Assembly: GCA_964016885.1 (NCBI GenBank) | Contig: OZ024743.1 | Coordinates: 362,204,001-362,268,000 of the forward strand | Source of the DNA: Eledone cirrhosa | Taxonomy: Eukaryota | Reading direction: 5' to 3' | Length of the DNA stretch: 64,000 bases | Shown: positions 50,201 through 62,551 of the stretch, in pieces | Numbering within the stretch: position 1 is the first letter of the stretch | How the letters are laid out: every line of letters starts with the position of its first letter | Notes under the pieces: generated by a model | What the model was told of the DNA's origin: nothing | What the model saw: the letters and a program-made list of their open reading frames with translations, nothing else | Databases searched by the model: none | Made by a program: the position numbers and the translations under genes

Positions 50201-53063
50201 TTGTGATCCGTGTAGCCAACCGTGAGCATTTCTGGACAGCTTAATATGTCCCTATCCTTACTTCTAACTAAGAATCTATCTAAGTACGATCTAGATTGAC
50301 CACTGTGGTTCGTCCAAGTCCAGGTTGGCACAGTTGGAAAATCTAGTCGATATCTATCGACCAAGTTAAAACGGTCGAGTAACCCCTTGAGGCTGTTACA
50401 CCCCCCTCTATTGGGACATTCTCCTGCATAGTCCCAACGTGCATCTAGGATGTCATTCCAGTCCCCCGCTAGAAGCAGGGAACGCGACGTTCCCAGAAGA
50501 GTCTCCAGACGCTGGAAGAAGTCGGGTCGTTCAGCTCCGAAAGGGGAGTAGACGGCGACCAGTCTCAAGGCCGCACCTCCACTACTGCCAACGTCTAGCA
50601 CCAACAAACGACCTTCCGGGTCCGAGTGAACAACCTGTACGGCGAGACCCAGGTGTTTTTCCAGCAGTTCAACAACCCCACCACCACCTCCAGGGTGACA
50701 GAGAGATGCGTGCACCTCAAAGTCATCGAAGGTAGGGGCCAGCTGCCGCACGACGCTGATCCGAGTTTCACAGATAACCATTACATTTATACCACGTGAC
50801 CTGAGGTCATTTAGAAGCTTTGCTTGCTTCCAAGTTGAGCCCAGGCCACGTGCATTCAAACATCCTACTCTTAACACATCCGTGTGGGCGGCAAATCCAA
50901 AGGAGAGTGTAGAGACCTACCTTTCTGCTTCCCGGGGTTCGGGTCGCACGACTTCCATGGGTTCGGGTCGCACGACTTCCATGGGGTCGGGGGTGTTGGG
51001 TGAAGGGGTGTCTTGTGGTGGTGTGGGGTCGTCAGTGTGTGGTGGGGGTGGGGTGTTTGGAGTTGTGTTGGGGAGGGGAAGGGGAGGAGGAAAGCTTTTT
51101 AGGAGGACGCGGTTTATGGGTTTGACAGAGGGTGGTCCTACGTCCTCCTTAAAATCCTTTTTTAGTTTTTGGTAGAGGTTCATTGGGACCTTTATTAATT
51201 TTAATTGTAGGTTGTTTTCTGAAAAAACAAAGTTTACCCCTTCGGTTTGTACCGAAGGGTTATTGTTTATGAGTTCATTTAATTTATTATTGTTTCTGTT
51301 GATGTAAGTATAATGTAATGTCTTTTTTTCGGATGGTGTGAGTGTTTCGAAGAGGGGGGGAGGTTTTGTTTTGTTTGTTGCTGGAGGGGTGTTTTGTGTT
51401 TTGTTGGATTGTGTTGACATTTGGGTAGGGGCTGTTTGGCCTTGTGTGTTTTGCACATGTTTTCTTTTCTTTCTTTTAATCTGTCTGAAGGACTCCGTTT
51501 CTTCCACCGATTTTCGTTGGGTTATCTTCAGTGTTGGGGGGAAGAGGTATGTTTGCTGGTAGTGTTTCCGTGTTAGTTTTCTTTGTGGGGGAGATGGATG
51601 TCACTATGTTAGACTGTGTTGTGTGTTGTGGCTGCGGTGGTTGTGTTGTTTTATTGAGTGAGGGGTTGGATGGGACTGTGTTTTGTTTTTGGGTAATGTG
51701 TTGTGTCTGTTTGTGCTGTGGTGGTGGTGTAGTTTTACTGAGGGACGGGTTGGGTGGGACTGAGTTTTGTTGTTTGTTTATCTGTTGTGGTGGTGGCGGA
51801 GCTGGTGTTGGTAGCAGGGTTTTCTTCTTGTTGAGTTGGGGACAAGCCGCCTTCAGGTGCCCTCTGCCTGCACAGATATGACAGGACGGCCTTCTCCCCT
51901 CCACGCTAATGTTTATATACCCGTGGCCCTCTTATAGGATTCTGTCGGGTATTTGGGCAATGCGTTCAGGCTTCATTTGCACTACAAGTTCTATACCTGT
52001 TCCACTGAACGCATTGCCTGTGGTTTTCCCAATGGAAATCACGTTGTCATTCGCTGGATCGATGAAGCCAGCTATGAGCCAGCAGTAGTTCATATCTGGC
52101 ATCATCGCATCCAGCCATATGCGCTGAGTTCTTTTACCCATATAAGATGGATAAAAGGTAAAATTTGTCGAACGAATCGGCGACAAAGCATATTTTTTCG
52201 CCGCCGATTAATAATAATGGCCAGGCTTCCATACAGCCTGTCTCTTCTTATGAAAGTGGCTTCATTAAATACTTCTCTAAGTACCGCTTTAATTTCTACT
52301 TGTGTTGGTTGTTGTGGCTTTTTTGAGATGTTGTTGATGGTGCGGAAAACGACCGTCCGACTTTCAATATCTTTGGTGAGTTCTTGGGGCATTTTTACCG
52401 ACAAGGCTCCATTTTCCCCTTGAGTTATGAATTGTTTGGCGTTTTTTATTCTTTGTGCCACATCTGAAATATTTTCAGGTATGTACGTTAAAGATTTCTT
52501 TGTTGTTTGTGCAAATGAGATGTTATTGGTGTTGACTTTGTCGTCTGTTTTGCTTTCTGTTATGATGTTGTTGTTTTCAAATGTTATTTTTGTGTTTGTT
52601 GTTTCTTTGTTTGTGGTATTAATATTGTCATGCAATTCTTTCAAATTTTTGTTGTTGTTGGAATCAATCTCCAGATGTGTGTTTTCGTCGACATTTTTCT
52701 CCGCACATTCGTCTGTTTTTATTTTATTTTTTCTTTCCTTCTCTATGACGTTAGTTGGGAAGGAAGGGGGGACTAAAGCGTGCGAGCTTACAACTCTTAC
52801 CGCTCTCTCCCACCACTATTTTCGTTAGCTTCATTTAACATTTCTCCCAGACGATTGAAATTTTATGCAACAAATTTTTTTTAAAACAGGTTTTTCACCC
52901 CTGGGGAGGGGGCGGAAATGAGCTGACCCACCGCCTGACAGTTCAGACGGGGGGGTCAAGCTACACAATAGTATCAAAATTAAAATTAAACTTACAAAAT
53001 TTCCGCAATAAATTGGAACAAAACTTCTGCGAGAAGTGAATTACGTCTACGCTATCGAACAGC
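47239..53063 (-). mobile_element. Full-length but frameshifted Tx1/L1-clade LINE (family B)
   Basis: ORF1 pieces 50917-~52841 (CHICAGRGHLKAAC) and ORF2 pieces 47454-50883 (APE, YADD RT, CCHC); (GATA)n at both ends. Confidence 0.95.
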
Positions 53064-53110
<47 letters not shown>

Positions 53111-53111
<1 letters not shown>

Positions 53112-56100
53112 TATTTCTTTATTAGCCACAGGGGCACAAAAGAAGGGGACAAATACAAAGGGGGAAGTTTACATACAATAAAAACGTGTAAAATGTTATC
53201 ACAGTGGGGGAGTTTACATAAATCGAGTAAAGAAAAAGGAATAACAATAATAATATAATAATAAAAAGTCCTCAAAAGGGAGGGGGCGTGTTCGGGATTG
53301 CACATACCCCCGAAAAGTGTGCAACCCTTTTCGCGGGGGAAGCCCAGAGAGGAGGCGCTCCCCCTTTCCTCTTCACTTCTTCACCTACAGAACAATGTAG
53401 AGAGAAGGCCCATTTACACGAGCCATTCTCGCTTCTTTCACCCACCTTTCATAAAACTGTCTGGGGCCAAGCACTTCTCTCTCCATCCTGATCCTTCTTC
53501 CGAAGTGGTATCGGAAGAAGTAAACCAGGTGATGGCCGGAGAGAAAGTCACCCGACCTCAGACCTTTCAGGCGCGTCCACCACACAACCTCTTTCATCAT
53601 GGCTATTACGCACAGAAAGACCGCCTCTGCTTCGTTTCTGAAGGGAGGAGGCGGCTTGATGTTCACCACAGACTCGGCGGTTAATCGAATCGGCGCCACA
53701 CGCGACAGCAGTCGTTCGACGTAGCCCCACAGATCGGCAACGCCCGGGCAGTGTACCAGTGCATGCGCAACGCTTTCCTCGTCGCGCACGCATCTGGGAC
53801 AGATCTTTTTCGCTGGATCCCTGCCCGGGCGCCCGTGTCTGTAGAGCTTTTCTCGAACGGGCAGAGCCCCCCGGTAACACTGCCAGGCTAGGGACCTCTG
53901 GAAGTTGTCCATGGGTCCCGGGCCGAAAGTTCTACCGAACAGGCTGGCCAGTTCGTCCTCCTCCATGCCTAGCGACTCTCCAAGGGTGTCGTCGCCCCTG
54001 CTAGCCACCAGCCCTCTATAGAATGTCGAGGTGGATTCTCCACTGACAGTCGGGTCCGCTTGCCAGATAGCCGTGAGCGCCTGGGCACACTCAGTGTGCC
54101 AGTTGCCCAGTTTTCTCGGTCTTTGCTTCACCCAGGATTGCAGCTCGGTGAGCGAGACGAGCTGTGGGAAGGCTCGCCTCACAAACGGGGCCCACACCGG
54201 CTGACCGGTGAGGAATACCTGTAGATGCCGTAGCCTCAATGCGTGCCTACGCATCAACAGCCACGGCATACCCAGCCCTCCTTTCGAAGGGTGCTGGAAG
54301 CAGATGGATCTCCTCACCATGGGAGGCCGCTTCTTCCAGAGGAACTGGAAGAGCATGCGTTCCATGATGGTGATCTTTTCCTTGGGGCAAGGCACGACGG
54401 TCAGGTGGTAGCAGATGACGGACGCTATGTAAGCGTTCGTCACCTCCGCCCGACCTTTCAGTGATAGTTTGCACTTGGCCCACTTCTGGGTCAGCGCAAA
54501 CACCCTGCTCGTCACCTCGCCCCAATTCTTTTCCACCTGGAGGTCCGGTCCGAACCAGACCCCGAGCAGCTTCACCGGGCCCTCCGTCCACCGTCCGACG
54601 ACACCGTCTAACGGCATCGGTTTGCCCCTCCACGTTCCGAGTTGCAAACCGACTGACTTGTCCCGGTTCAGCCTAGCCCCCGTCAGCCTTTCGTATTCCT
54701 CCAGTAGGGTGGCGATCGCCCCGATTTCCGAGGCGTCCGCCACCATTACTGTTACGTCGTCGGCATAGGCCGAGACCGCTTTGTGCAATCCCGGTTCCAG
54801 GGGTATGCCCCGCAGCAACTCCAACTTCCGCAGCAGTGGCTCGAGAGTCAATACGTACAGAAGGGAGGAGAGGGGTCACCCCTGTCTGATGGACCGGGTG
54901 ATTTGAAACGGCTCCGAGAGGTAGCCGTTTACTTTAATCCTAGAGTAGATGTTACCACTGTGCATGGCAGAAATCCAGCCCCTGAAAACGGGTCCGAAGC
55001 CCGCCGCCGCTAGCACCGCTTCCAGGTAACCATGGTCGACCCTATCGAACGCCTTAGATTGATCCAAGTTGATCAGGGCCCCACCAAAGCCGGGTTCGTT
55101 GCCAACCCTCTCTATGATGTATCGCATGAGGTGGAGGTTGTCGTGAATGGACCTGGACGGGATAGCGCATGTCTGCGCGTCTCCCACCAAACCACCCACA
55201 ACAAGCGCCAACCTCTTCGCCAACACCTTGGCCAAAATCTGTAACTCTGCATTCAGCAGAGTTATGGGCCTAAAGTTACTTAAGTCGTCCCCCTTGCTCT
55301 CGTCCTTCCTCACTAGCGTGACCACGCCCTTGGTCACAGAACAGGGAATTCTCCCGTTCTGTTGCCAGTTGCAATAGACAGCCTCGAGGAGTTCGGAGAA
55401 CAAGACCGGCATAGCTAAATAAAGTTCGTATGGTAGACCATCGAGACCCGGAGATTTGCGTCTGCTGCATTGGCTGAGCGCTTCCCCGATTTCAGTGGCT
55501 GTGATTGGCCTTTCACAGCACTCCGCTTCGCCGCTCGAAAGACGCGGTAGACCGTCGAGGTATGGACCGAAGTCCACATCCCCGTCCGGCCCCCCGCCCC
55601 CTCCGAACAGTCGAGCAAAGTGCCTTTGAAAGGCCTCGCACATCCGCTCAGGTTCAAGGATCACCCGTCCATCCTGGTCTCGCAAAGACCGAATGGTGGA
55701 TTTAATCCCACTCTTGGCTTCTGTCACGCGGGCCCAGCTAACAGCTTTGGTCCCCTCGTTTCCTAAAGCACGTATTTTACTTCGGACAACGCAGCCTTCG
55801 TGCTTCGCGTCAAAGAACTGGCTCAACGCCGTTCTCGCCGCTAACACTCTGGCTACGTCTCCGCTCCTAATCGCCTCTTCTAGTTTATCTGTTAACTCCC
55901 TTTCCTTCCTATTTCTATTCGCCGCTAGTTCCTTACTGTAACCTATCGAACTTACTCTAATCTCTCTCTTTAGAGATACCCACCACCTACTGTTGACAAT
56001 CGCTCCCGTCAACCGCATTTTTACTAAGCTACTAATCCGGTTCCTGTAATCTTTCTTTGCCGGCAAGGACAAGTTCATCTTCCAGTAACCGGGACCCTGT

Positions 56101-58837
56101 CTATGCGTTCTATCAAGGTTGACCACGCAGGTCACTAATTTGTGATCTGAATAGCCAACCATGATCAATTCTGGACAACTAAATACGTCCCTATCCTTAC
56201 TCCTAACCAAAAACCTATCTAGGTACGATCTAGATTGTCCACTGCGGTTTGCCCAGGTCCAGGTTGGCGCAGTTGGACAATCTAGTCGAAATCTATCGAC
56301 CAGGTCGAATCGATCGAGTAACCCCTTGAGGCTGCTACACCCCCCTCTATCGGGACATGCCCCTGCATAGTCCCAACGCGCATCTAGGATTCCATTCCAG
56401 TCCCCCACTAAAAGCAGGGAACGCGACGTTCCTAGAAAAGTCTCCAGACGCTGGAAGAAGTCGGCTCTTTCAGCCCCGAAGGGGGCATAAAGACCGACCA
56501 GTCTGAAAGCCCCGCCTTCACCGCCTCCGACGTCCAGCACCAGTATTCGACCCCCCGGGTCCGAGTGAACAATCTGTACGTCGAGAGCCAGACGTTTATC
56601 CAGCAGTACGGCAACTCCCCCCCCCCCGCCTCCGGGTTGACAGAGAGATGCGTGCATCTCAAAGTCATCGAAGGCGGGCGCCAGCTGTCGCACGCTGCTG
56701 ATCCGACTCTCGCAAACAACCATCACATCTATACTTCGTGACCTGAGGTCACTTAGTAGCTTTGCTTGCTTCCAAGCTGAGCCCAGGCCACGCGCGTTCA
56801 AACAGCCAACTCTTAATTGATCTATTTTGGTGTTGAAAGTGAAGAAAGAAAAGCACTTACCTCTCCGGGTTGTGTAATTTCCATGGCGTCAGGTGTGTTG
56901 GGTGGAGGGATGTTTTGTGGTGGTGTGGGGGTGCCCGAGTGTGGTTGGGTTGGGGTGTTTGGAGTTGTGTCGGGGTGAGGGGAGGTTATGGGGAAATCTT
57001 TCAAGAGGACGCGATTTAACGGTTTTAAACAGGGGGGGCTCACGTCCTGTCTAAATTGTTCTTTTAAGGAACGATAAAGGTCCAGAGGGACCTTTATCAT
57101 TTTTAAATGGGTGAAGTTCTCTGTTGAGATAAAGTTTGGCCCTTCGGTCTGCACCAAAGGGCTATTGTTTATTAATTTAAACAGTTTTTTGTTTTCTTTA
57201 TTTATATATGTGTATTGCAATGTCTTTTTTTGTGATGCTGTCAATGTTTCGGAGAGGGGAGGCGCAGATTTATTTTTGTTTGTTGAGGGTGGGGTGTTTT
57301 TTATTGGAGTTGGTGTTTGTGTGTGGGTTATTTGTGGTGTGCTGGGTGTGTGCTTTCTTTTTTTTCTTTTAACTTGTCTGAAGGCTTCTCCTCCTTCTTC
57401 TTCAGAAGTTGGGGGAAACTCTTCAGCGCTAGGTGGGAGGGACGTCGTGTCTGGTTTTTTTTTTGCGGGAGGGTAGATTTGTTGCTGTTTTTTTTATTAT
57501 TTGTTTGGAATGCGTTTTGTGGTGGTGGTGGTGATGTTTGTGTCGTGCTTGTGGTTGGTAATGGTGGTGATGGTGTTTGTGTTGGTGATGGTGGTGGTGA
57601 TTTTTGTGTCGAGCTTGTGTTTTCTGCTGGTGGTGGTGATGTGCTTGGTGGTGTTTGTATTTTGTTTGCTGTGTGTGGTATTAGTGTATTTTTGGAGGTG
57701 GGTGGTGTTGGTGTACTGTTTGTGGTGGGTGTGGGCAATAGTCCTTTTTGGGGGACACGTTTCGGGCAGTTAGCCTTAATGTGTCCCCTTTCCATGCATA
57801 AATAGCATGCTGGTCTTCTCCCCTCTACAATTATATCTATTGGGGTGAGCTCATCCAGCCAGATGCGATCCGGGATTTGTGCTATTCTTTCGGGCCTCAT
57901 TTGGACTAGTAGGTCGAGGCCCATTCCCAGAAACGCATCTCCGGATGCCTTCCCCATTGACAGCACTGTGTCCTCGCCCATGTCTATGAAGCCAGCAATA
58001 GCCCACCAGAAGTCCATTGTGGGCAGCATTGTTTGTATTTTTACTCTCTGTGTTCTTCTACCCATGTAGGAGGGATAGAAGCTGTATGTTGTCGATGAGA
58101 GTGGGCTTAGGGAAAGCTTCTCCGCCGTTTCCTTGTCTTTTGTTAAGACCGAAATGCTGCCATAGAGTCGGTCCTTTCGTATGAAGAGAATATTCTTCAT
58201 ATAGTCTTTTAGGACCAACTCTATCTCCATTTGGCTGGGCTGTGCTGGCTTTCTTGTTTCGTTTAGGATTGTTCTGAAGAGAACTGTGTTCTCTGTTCTC
58301 GCTTTCTTGAATTCTGGGGGGGAGTTAATGGAAAACATTCCATTTTCCCCCAAAACAATGTGTTTCTTTGCTTCGGCCAGTTTTTCTCTGGCGGCCGTTA
58401 GGTCAATTGGTGTGTATGTAATGGATTGTTTTGTTTTCTGGGCGAAAGTTGCCCTGTTGTTATTTGTATTATTTTCTGTTTGTTTGTTTTCCGTTTGCTC
58501 ATTTTCCTTAACATTTGTTTTTTCATTTTCTTTGTTTGTTTCTTTGTCTAATTTTGTTGTAATTATTTTTTGTTCTTCAGACTTGGGGGGCGTGGCAGAG
58601 CTAATGGCAGACATGTCTGCCATCTTTTCCGCCAGGCTGCCAAGAACGAAATTTTTCGGCAAAATTAGATATTTATTTTACCCCCTAAAAAGGGGGTAAA
58701 TGCAAAAATGTTTCCCTAAATAACAGGGGTTAGTGTTCCAAATGTGTTGCACTGAAAAATTTATCCGGTACTTACAATAGTAAGGGTAAATCCCGATAGA
58801 ATAGCGGAGCTGATGTGAAGCGTGTCTTACTCTATCA
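53111..58837 (-). mobile_element. Full-length Tx1/L1-clade LINE (family C), about one frameshift per ORF
   Basis: ORF1 56822-58623 in two pieces (CYLCMERGHIKANC) and ORF2 53385-56825 in two pieces; (GATA)n at both ends. Confidence 0.95.
58637..58775 (-). promoter_or_regulatory. Putative 139-nt intron in the 5' UTR of Tx1 family C
   Basis: GTAAGT donor, CTAAT branch point ~30 nt upstream of TTCGTTCTTGGCAG, ending 13 nt before the ORF1 ATG at 58623. Confidence 0.55.
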
Positions 58838-59106
58838 AGATAGATAGATAGATAAATAGATAGATATATTTCTTTATTAGCCACAGGGGCACAAAAGAAG
58901 GGGACAAATACAAAGGGGGAAGTTTACATACAATAAAAACGTGTAAAATGTTATCACAGATGGAATTTAAAAGTTAGTCGATTTTCCCCAATAGAGGGAG
59001 ACAGTTTATATGGGTAACACATACCCCCGAAAAAAAATGTGCAACCCTCATCTCCAGGAGTACGAAGAGCTTGTACTCCTTTCCTCTCCTCCTCCTTTTC
59101 CTCAAT

Positions 59107-62100
59107 CTACAGGCTGATATAGAGAGAAGGCCCATTCACTCGGGCCATTCTCGCCACTTTCACCCACCTTTCATAAAACTTGCTGGGGTACAGCACCTCT
59201 CTCTCCATCCTGATTCTTCTTCCAAAGTGGTATTTGAAAAAAAGAATCAGTTGTTGGCCGGAGAGAAAGGTGTCTGACCTCAGCCCTTTCAACCTTGTCC
59301 ACCATACAACCTCTTTCGCCATAGCTATCACACAAAGGAAAACCGCCTCTCCTTCGTTTTTGAAGGAGGTTGGCGGTTTGATCATGACAATGGACTCGGT
59401 GGTCAACTGGATTGGTCCCACCCGCGACAATAGTCGTTCTACATATCCCCACAGGTCGGTGACGCCCGGGCAGTGTATGAATGCGTGCGCGACGGTTTCT
59501 TCGTCTCGCACGCACCTCGGACAGATCTTTTTTGCAGGGTCCCTGCCCTGGCGCCCATGTCTGTAGAGCTTGTCTCGAACTGGTAGAGCTCCGCGGTAGC
59601 ACTGCCAGGCCAGGGACTTTTGGAAGTTGTCCATCGGTCCTGGGCGGAAGGTCCTACCGAACAGACTGGCCAGTTCATCTTCCTCCACGCCTAGAGTTTC
59701 ACCGAGCGCGTCGTCGCACTTGCTGCGGACCAACCCTCTATAGAATGACGAAGTGGAGTCTCCACTGATCGCCAGGTCCGCCTGCCAGAGGGCTGTGAGC
59801 GCCTGAGCACATTCGATGTGCCAGTCGCCCATTTTCCTCGGTCTCTGCTTGACCCAGGACTGCAGCTCGGTCAGTGAGACGAGTCGTGGGAAGGCTCGCC
59901 TCACGAACGGGGCCCACACCTGTTGTCCGGTGAGGAATACGTAGAGATGCCGCAGCCTGAGCGCGTGTTTGCGCATCGTCAACCACGGCATCCCCAGCCC
60001 TCCGTTAGAAGGGTGTTGGCAGCAGATGGATCTTCTTACCAAAGGAGCCCGCTTCTTCCAAAGGAATCGGAAGAGGGCGCGCTCCATTTTGGCGAGCGTT
60101 TTGGCTGGACAAGGCACGACGGTCAAGCGGTAGTAGATGGCGGGCGCTATAAAAGTGTTCGCCACCTCCGCTCGACCTTTCAAGGATAGTTTGCACTCGG
60201 CCCACTTCTGGGTGAGTGCAAACACCTTGGCCGTCACTTCGTTCCAGTTCTTCTCCACCTGGAGGTCCGGACCAAACCAGACCCCGAGCAGCTTTACCGG
60301 TCCTTCCGTCCAGCGTCCGACGACGCCATCGGAAGGCATCGGTCTGCCTCTCCACGATCCGAGTTGCAAACCGATGGACTTGTCCCGGTTCAGCTTCGCT
60401 CCTGTGAGACTTTCGTATTCCTTTAGTAAGGTGCCGACTTTCTCGATTTGCGAGGCGCTCGACACCATTACTGTCACGTCGTCGGCGTAGGCCGACGCCG
60501 CTTTCCGCAGTCCCGGTTCCAGAGGGATGCCCTGCAATAGCTCCAGCTTCCGCAGTAGTGGCTCGAGAGTTAGTACGTACAGAAGGGAGGAGAGAGGGCA
60601 TCCCTGTCGAATGGATCGCGTAATATGGAACGGCTCCGAGAGGTAACCGTTCACCTTGACCCTTGAGCAGATGTTGCTGTTGTGCATTGCAGCAATCCAG
60701 CCCCTGAACACGGGTCCGAAGCCTGCCGCCTCGAGCACCGCATCCAGGTAACGATGGTCAACCCTATCGAAAGCCTTAGACTGATCCAAGTTGATCAGGG
60801 CCCCACCGAAGCCGGGTTTACACCCTACCCTCTCTATGATGTATCGCATGAGGTGGAGGTTGTCGTGTATGGACCTGGTCGGGATCGCGCATGTCTGCGC
60901 TTCTCCCACCAGGTTCTCGACGACAAGCGCCAGCCTCTTTGCCAACACCTTGGCCAAAATCTGTAACTCTGTGTTTAGCAGAGTTATGGGCCGGAAGTTG
61001 CCTATGTCATCCCCCTTATTCTCGTCCTTCCTGATTAGTGTGACCACGCCCCCGGTTACAGAACTGGGAATTCTCCCGTTCTGTTGCCAGTTGCAGTAGA
61101 CCGCTTCCAGGAGACCGGAGAATAAGTCCGGCATTGCTACGTAAAATTCGTAGGGTAGACCGTCGAGACCTGGAGATTTGCGTTTGCCGCATTGGCTCAG
61201 CGCGTCCCCTATCTCAGTGGCTGAAATCGGCTTTTCGCAGAACTTCGCCTCGCTGTCCGAGAGTCGCGGTAGGCCGTCGAGGTATGGACCGAAATCCATA
61301 GCCTCTCCCGGCGCGCCGCTCCCCCCGAACAGTCGAGCAAAGTGCCGCTGAAAAGCCGCACACATCTGCTTCGGCTCACGTATCACGCGTCCGTTTTGGT
61401 CCTTCAAAGACCGAATCGTGGACTTGTTGCCACTTTTTGCCTCCGTCACTCGGACCCAGCTAACAGCTTTGGCTCCCTCGTTTCCCAGAGCACGTATTTT
61501 GCTTCTGACAACGCAGCCCTCGTGCTTTGCGTCGAAGAACTGGTCCAAGGCCGTTCTCGTTGCTAGCACGCTGGCTACGTTGCCACTTCTAATAGCCTCT
61601 TCTACTTTATCTACCAGTTCCTTCTCGGTTCTATTTCTATCTAACGCTAATTCTTTACTAAAAATTATCGAGTCTAATCTAACTGCCCTCTTGAGAGAGT
61701 ACCACCATCTGTTGTTGACAATGGCCCCTGTCAAGTGCTGTTTAACTAAAGTGCTAATCCGTCTACTGTAGGCTTTGCTTGTCGGTAACGACAAGTTCAG
61801 CTTCCAGTAGCCGGGTCCTTGTCTATGGGTTCTATCAAGGTTGGCCATGCAGGTCACTAGTTTGTGATCTGAATAGGCAACCGTGAACATTTGTGGACAG
61901 CTTAACATGTCCCTATCCTTATTTCTAACTAGAACCCTATCTAGGTACGATCTAGATGTTCCGCTACGATTACTCCACGTCCACAGTGGCGCAGTCGGAA
62001 AATCTAGTCGATATCTATCGGCCAGGTCAAATCGGTCGATTAACTGTTTGAGGCTGTTACACCCCCCTTTATCGGGACATGCTCCCACATAGTCCCAACG

Positions 62101-62544
62101 TGCATCTAGGATTCCATTCCAGTCCCCCACTAAAAGCAAGGAGCGGGACGTTCCCAGAAAAGTCTCTAGACGTTTGAAGAAGTCTGGCCGCGGTGTCCCG
62201 GATGGGGCATATGCGGCCACCAGCCTGAACGCACCACCTTCACTACCGTCAACGTCTAGGACCACCAGTCGACCCTCCGGGTCCAGATGTACCGTCTGTG
62301 TTACGAGGCCCAGGTGTTTCCGCAGCAAAACGGCAACTCCGCCCCCACCCCCCGGTTGACAGAGAGATGCGTAGATCTCAAAGTCATCGAAGATGGGGGC
62401 CAGCTGTCGCTCGCCGTGGATCCTGGACTCGCAAATGGCTACCACATCCAAACTGTGCGACCTGAGGTCGTTTAAGAGTTTGCCCTGTTTCCAGGGCATC
62501 CCCAGGCCGCGTACGTTCACACATCCAACTCTTATATTGGCCAT
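59107..62544 (-). CDS. ORF2p: APE endonuclease, reverse transcriptase, C-terminal zinc knuckle (1145 aa)
   Basis: NVRGL, ICES, GDWN, SYLDRVL, YSDH; KSPGLDG, FRPITLLN, LDQSKAFDRV, IRQGCPLS, AYADD; CPRC..ETVAH..C. Confidence 0.96.
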   Translation of the reverse strand: MANIRVGCVNVRGLGMPWKQGKLLNDLRSHSLDVVAICESRIHGERQLAPIFDDFEIYASLCQPGGGGGVAVLLRKHLGLVTQTVHLDPEGRLVVLDVDGSEGGAFRLVAAYAPSGTPRPDFFKRLETFLGTSRSLLLVGDWNGILDARWDYVGACPDKGGCNSLKQLIDRFDLADRYRLDFPTAPLWTWSNRSGTSRSYLDRVLVRNKDRDMLSCPQMFTVAYSDHKLVTCMANLDRTHRQGPGYWKLNLSLPTSKAYSRRISTLVKQHLTGAIVNNRWWYSLKRAVRLDSIIFSKELALDRNRTEKELVDKVEEAIRSGNVASVLATRTALDQFFDAKHEGCVVRSKIRALGNEGAKAVSWVRVTEAKSGNKSTIRSLKDQNGRVIREPKQMCAAFQRHFARLFGGSGAPGEAMDFGPYLDGLPRLSDSEAKFCEKPISATEIGDALSQCGKRKSPGLDGLPYEFYVAMPDLFSGLLEAVYCNWQQNGRIPSSVTGGVVTLIRKDENKGDDIGNFRPITLLNTELQILAKVLAKRLALVVENLVGEAQTCAIPTRSIHDNLHLMRYIIERVGCKPGFGGALINLDQSKAFDRVDHRYLDAVLEAAGFGPVFRGWIAAMHNSNICSRVKVNGYLSEPFHITRSIRQGCPLSSLLYVLTLEPLLRKLELLQGIPLEPGLRKAASAYADDVTVMVSSASQIEKVGTLLKEYESLTGAKLNRDKSIGLQLGSWRGRPMPSDGVVGRWTEGPVKLLGVWFGPDLQVEKNWNEVTAKVFALTQKWAECKLSLKGRAEVANTFIAPAIYYRLTVVPCPAKTLAKMERALFRFLWKKRAPLVRRSICCQHPSNGGLGMPWLTMRKHALRLRHLYVFLTGQQVWAPFVRRAFPRLVSLTELQSWVKQRPRKMGDWHIECAQALTALWQADLAISGDSTSSFYRGLVRSKCDDALGETLGVEEDELASLFGRTFRPGPMDNFQKSLAWQCYRGALPVRDKLYRHGRQGRDPAKKICPRCVRDEETVAHAFIHCPGVTDLWGYVERLLSRVGPIQLTTESIVMIKPPTSFKNEGEAVFLCVIAMAKEVVWWTRLKGLRSDTFLSGQQLILFFKYHFGRRIRMEREVLYPSKFYERWVKVARMARVNGPSLYISL

Positions 62545-62551
62545 GTTGGTG

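Noticed and set aside
58760-58840. HDV-like ribozyme at the 5' end of Tx1 family C (GATAGAGTA/TATTCTATC then GG)
   Set aside because: No 3-bp P3 with a proper loop and no P2 partner; only a simple hairpin is supported.
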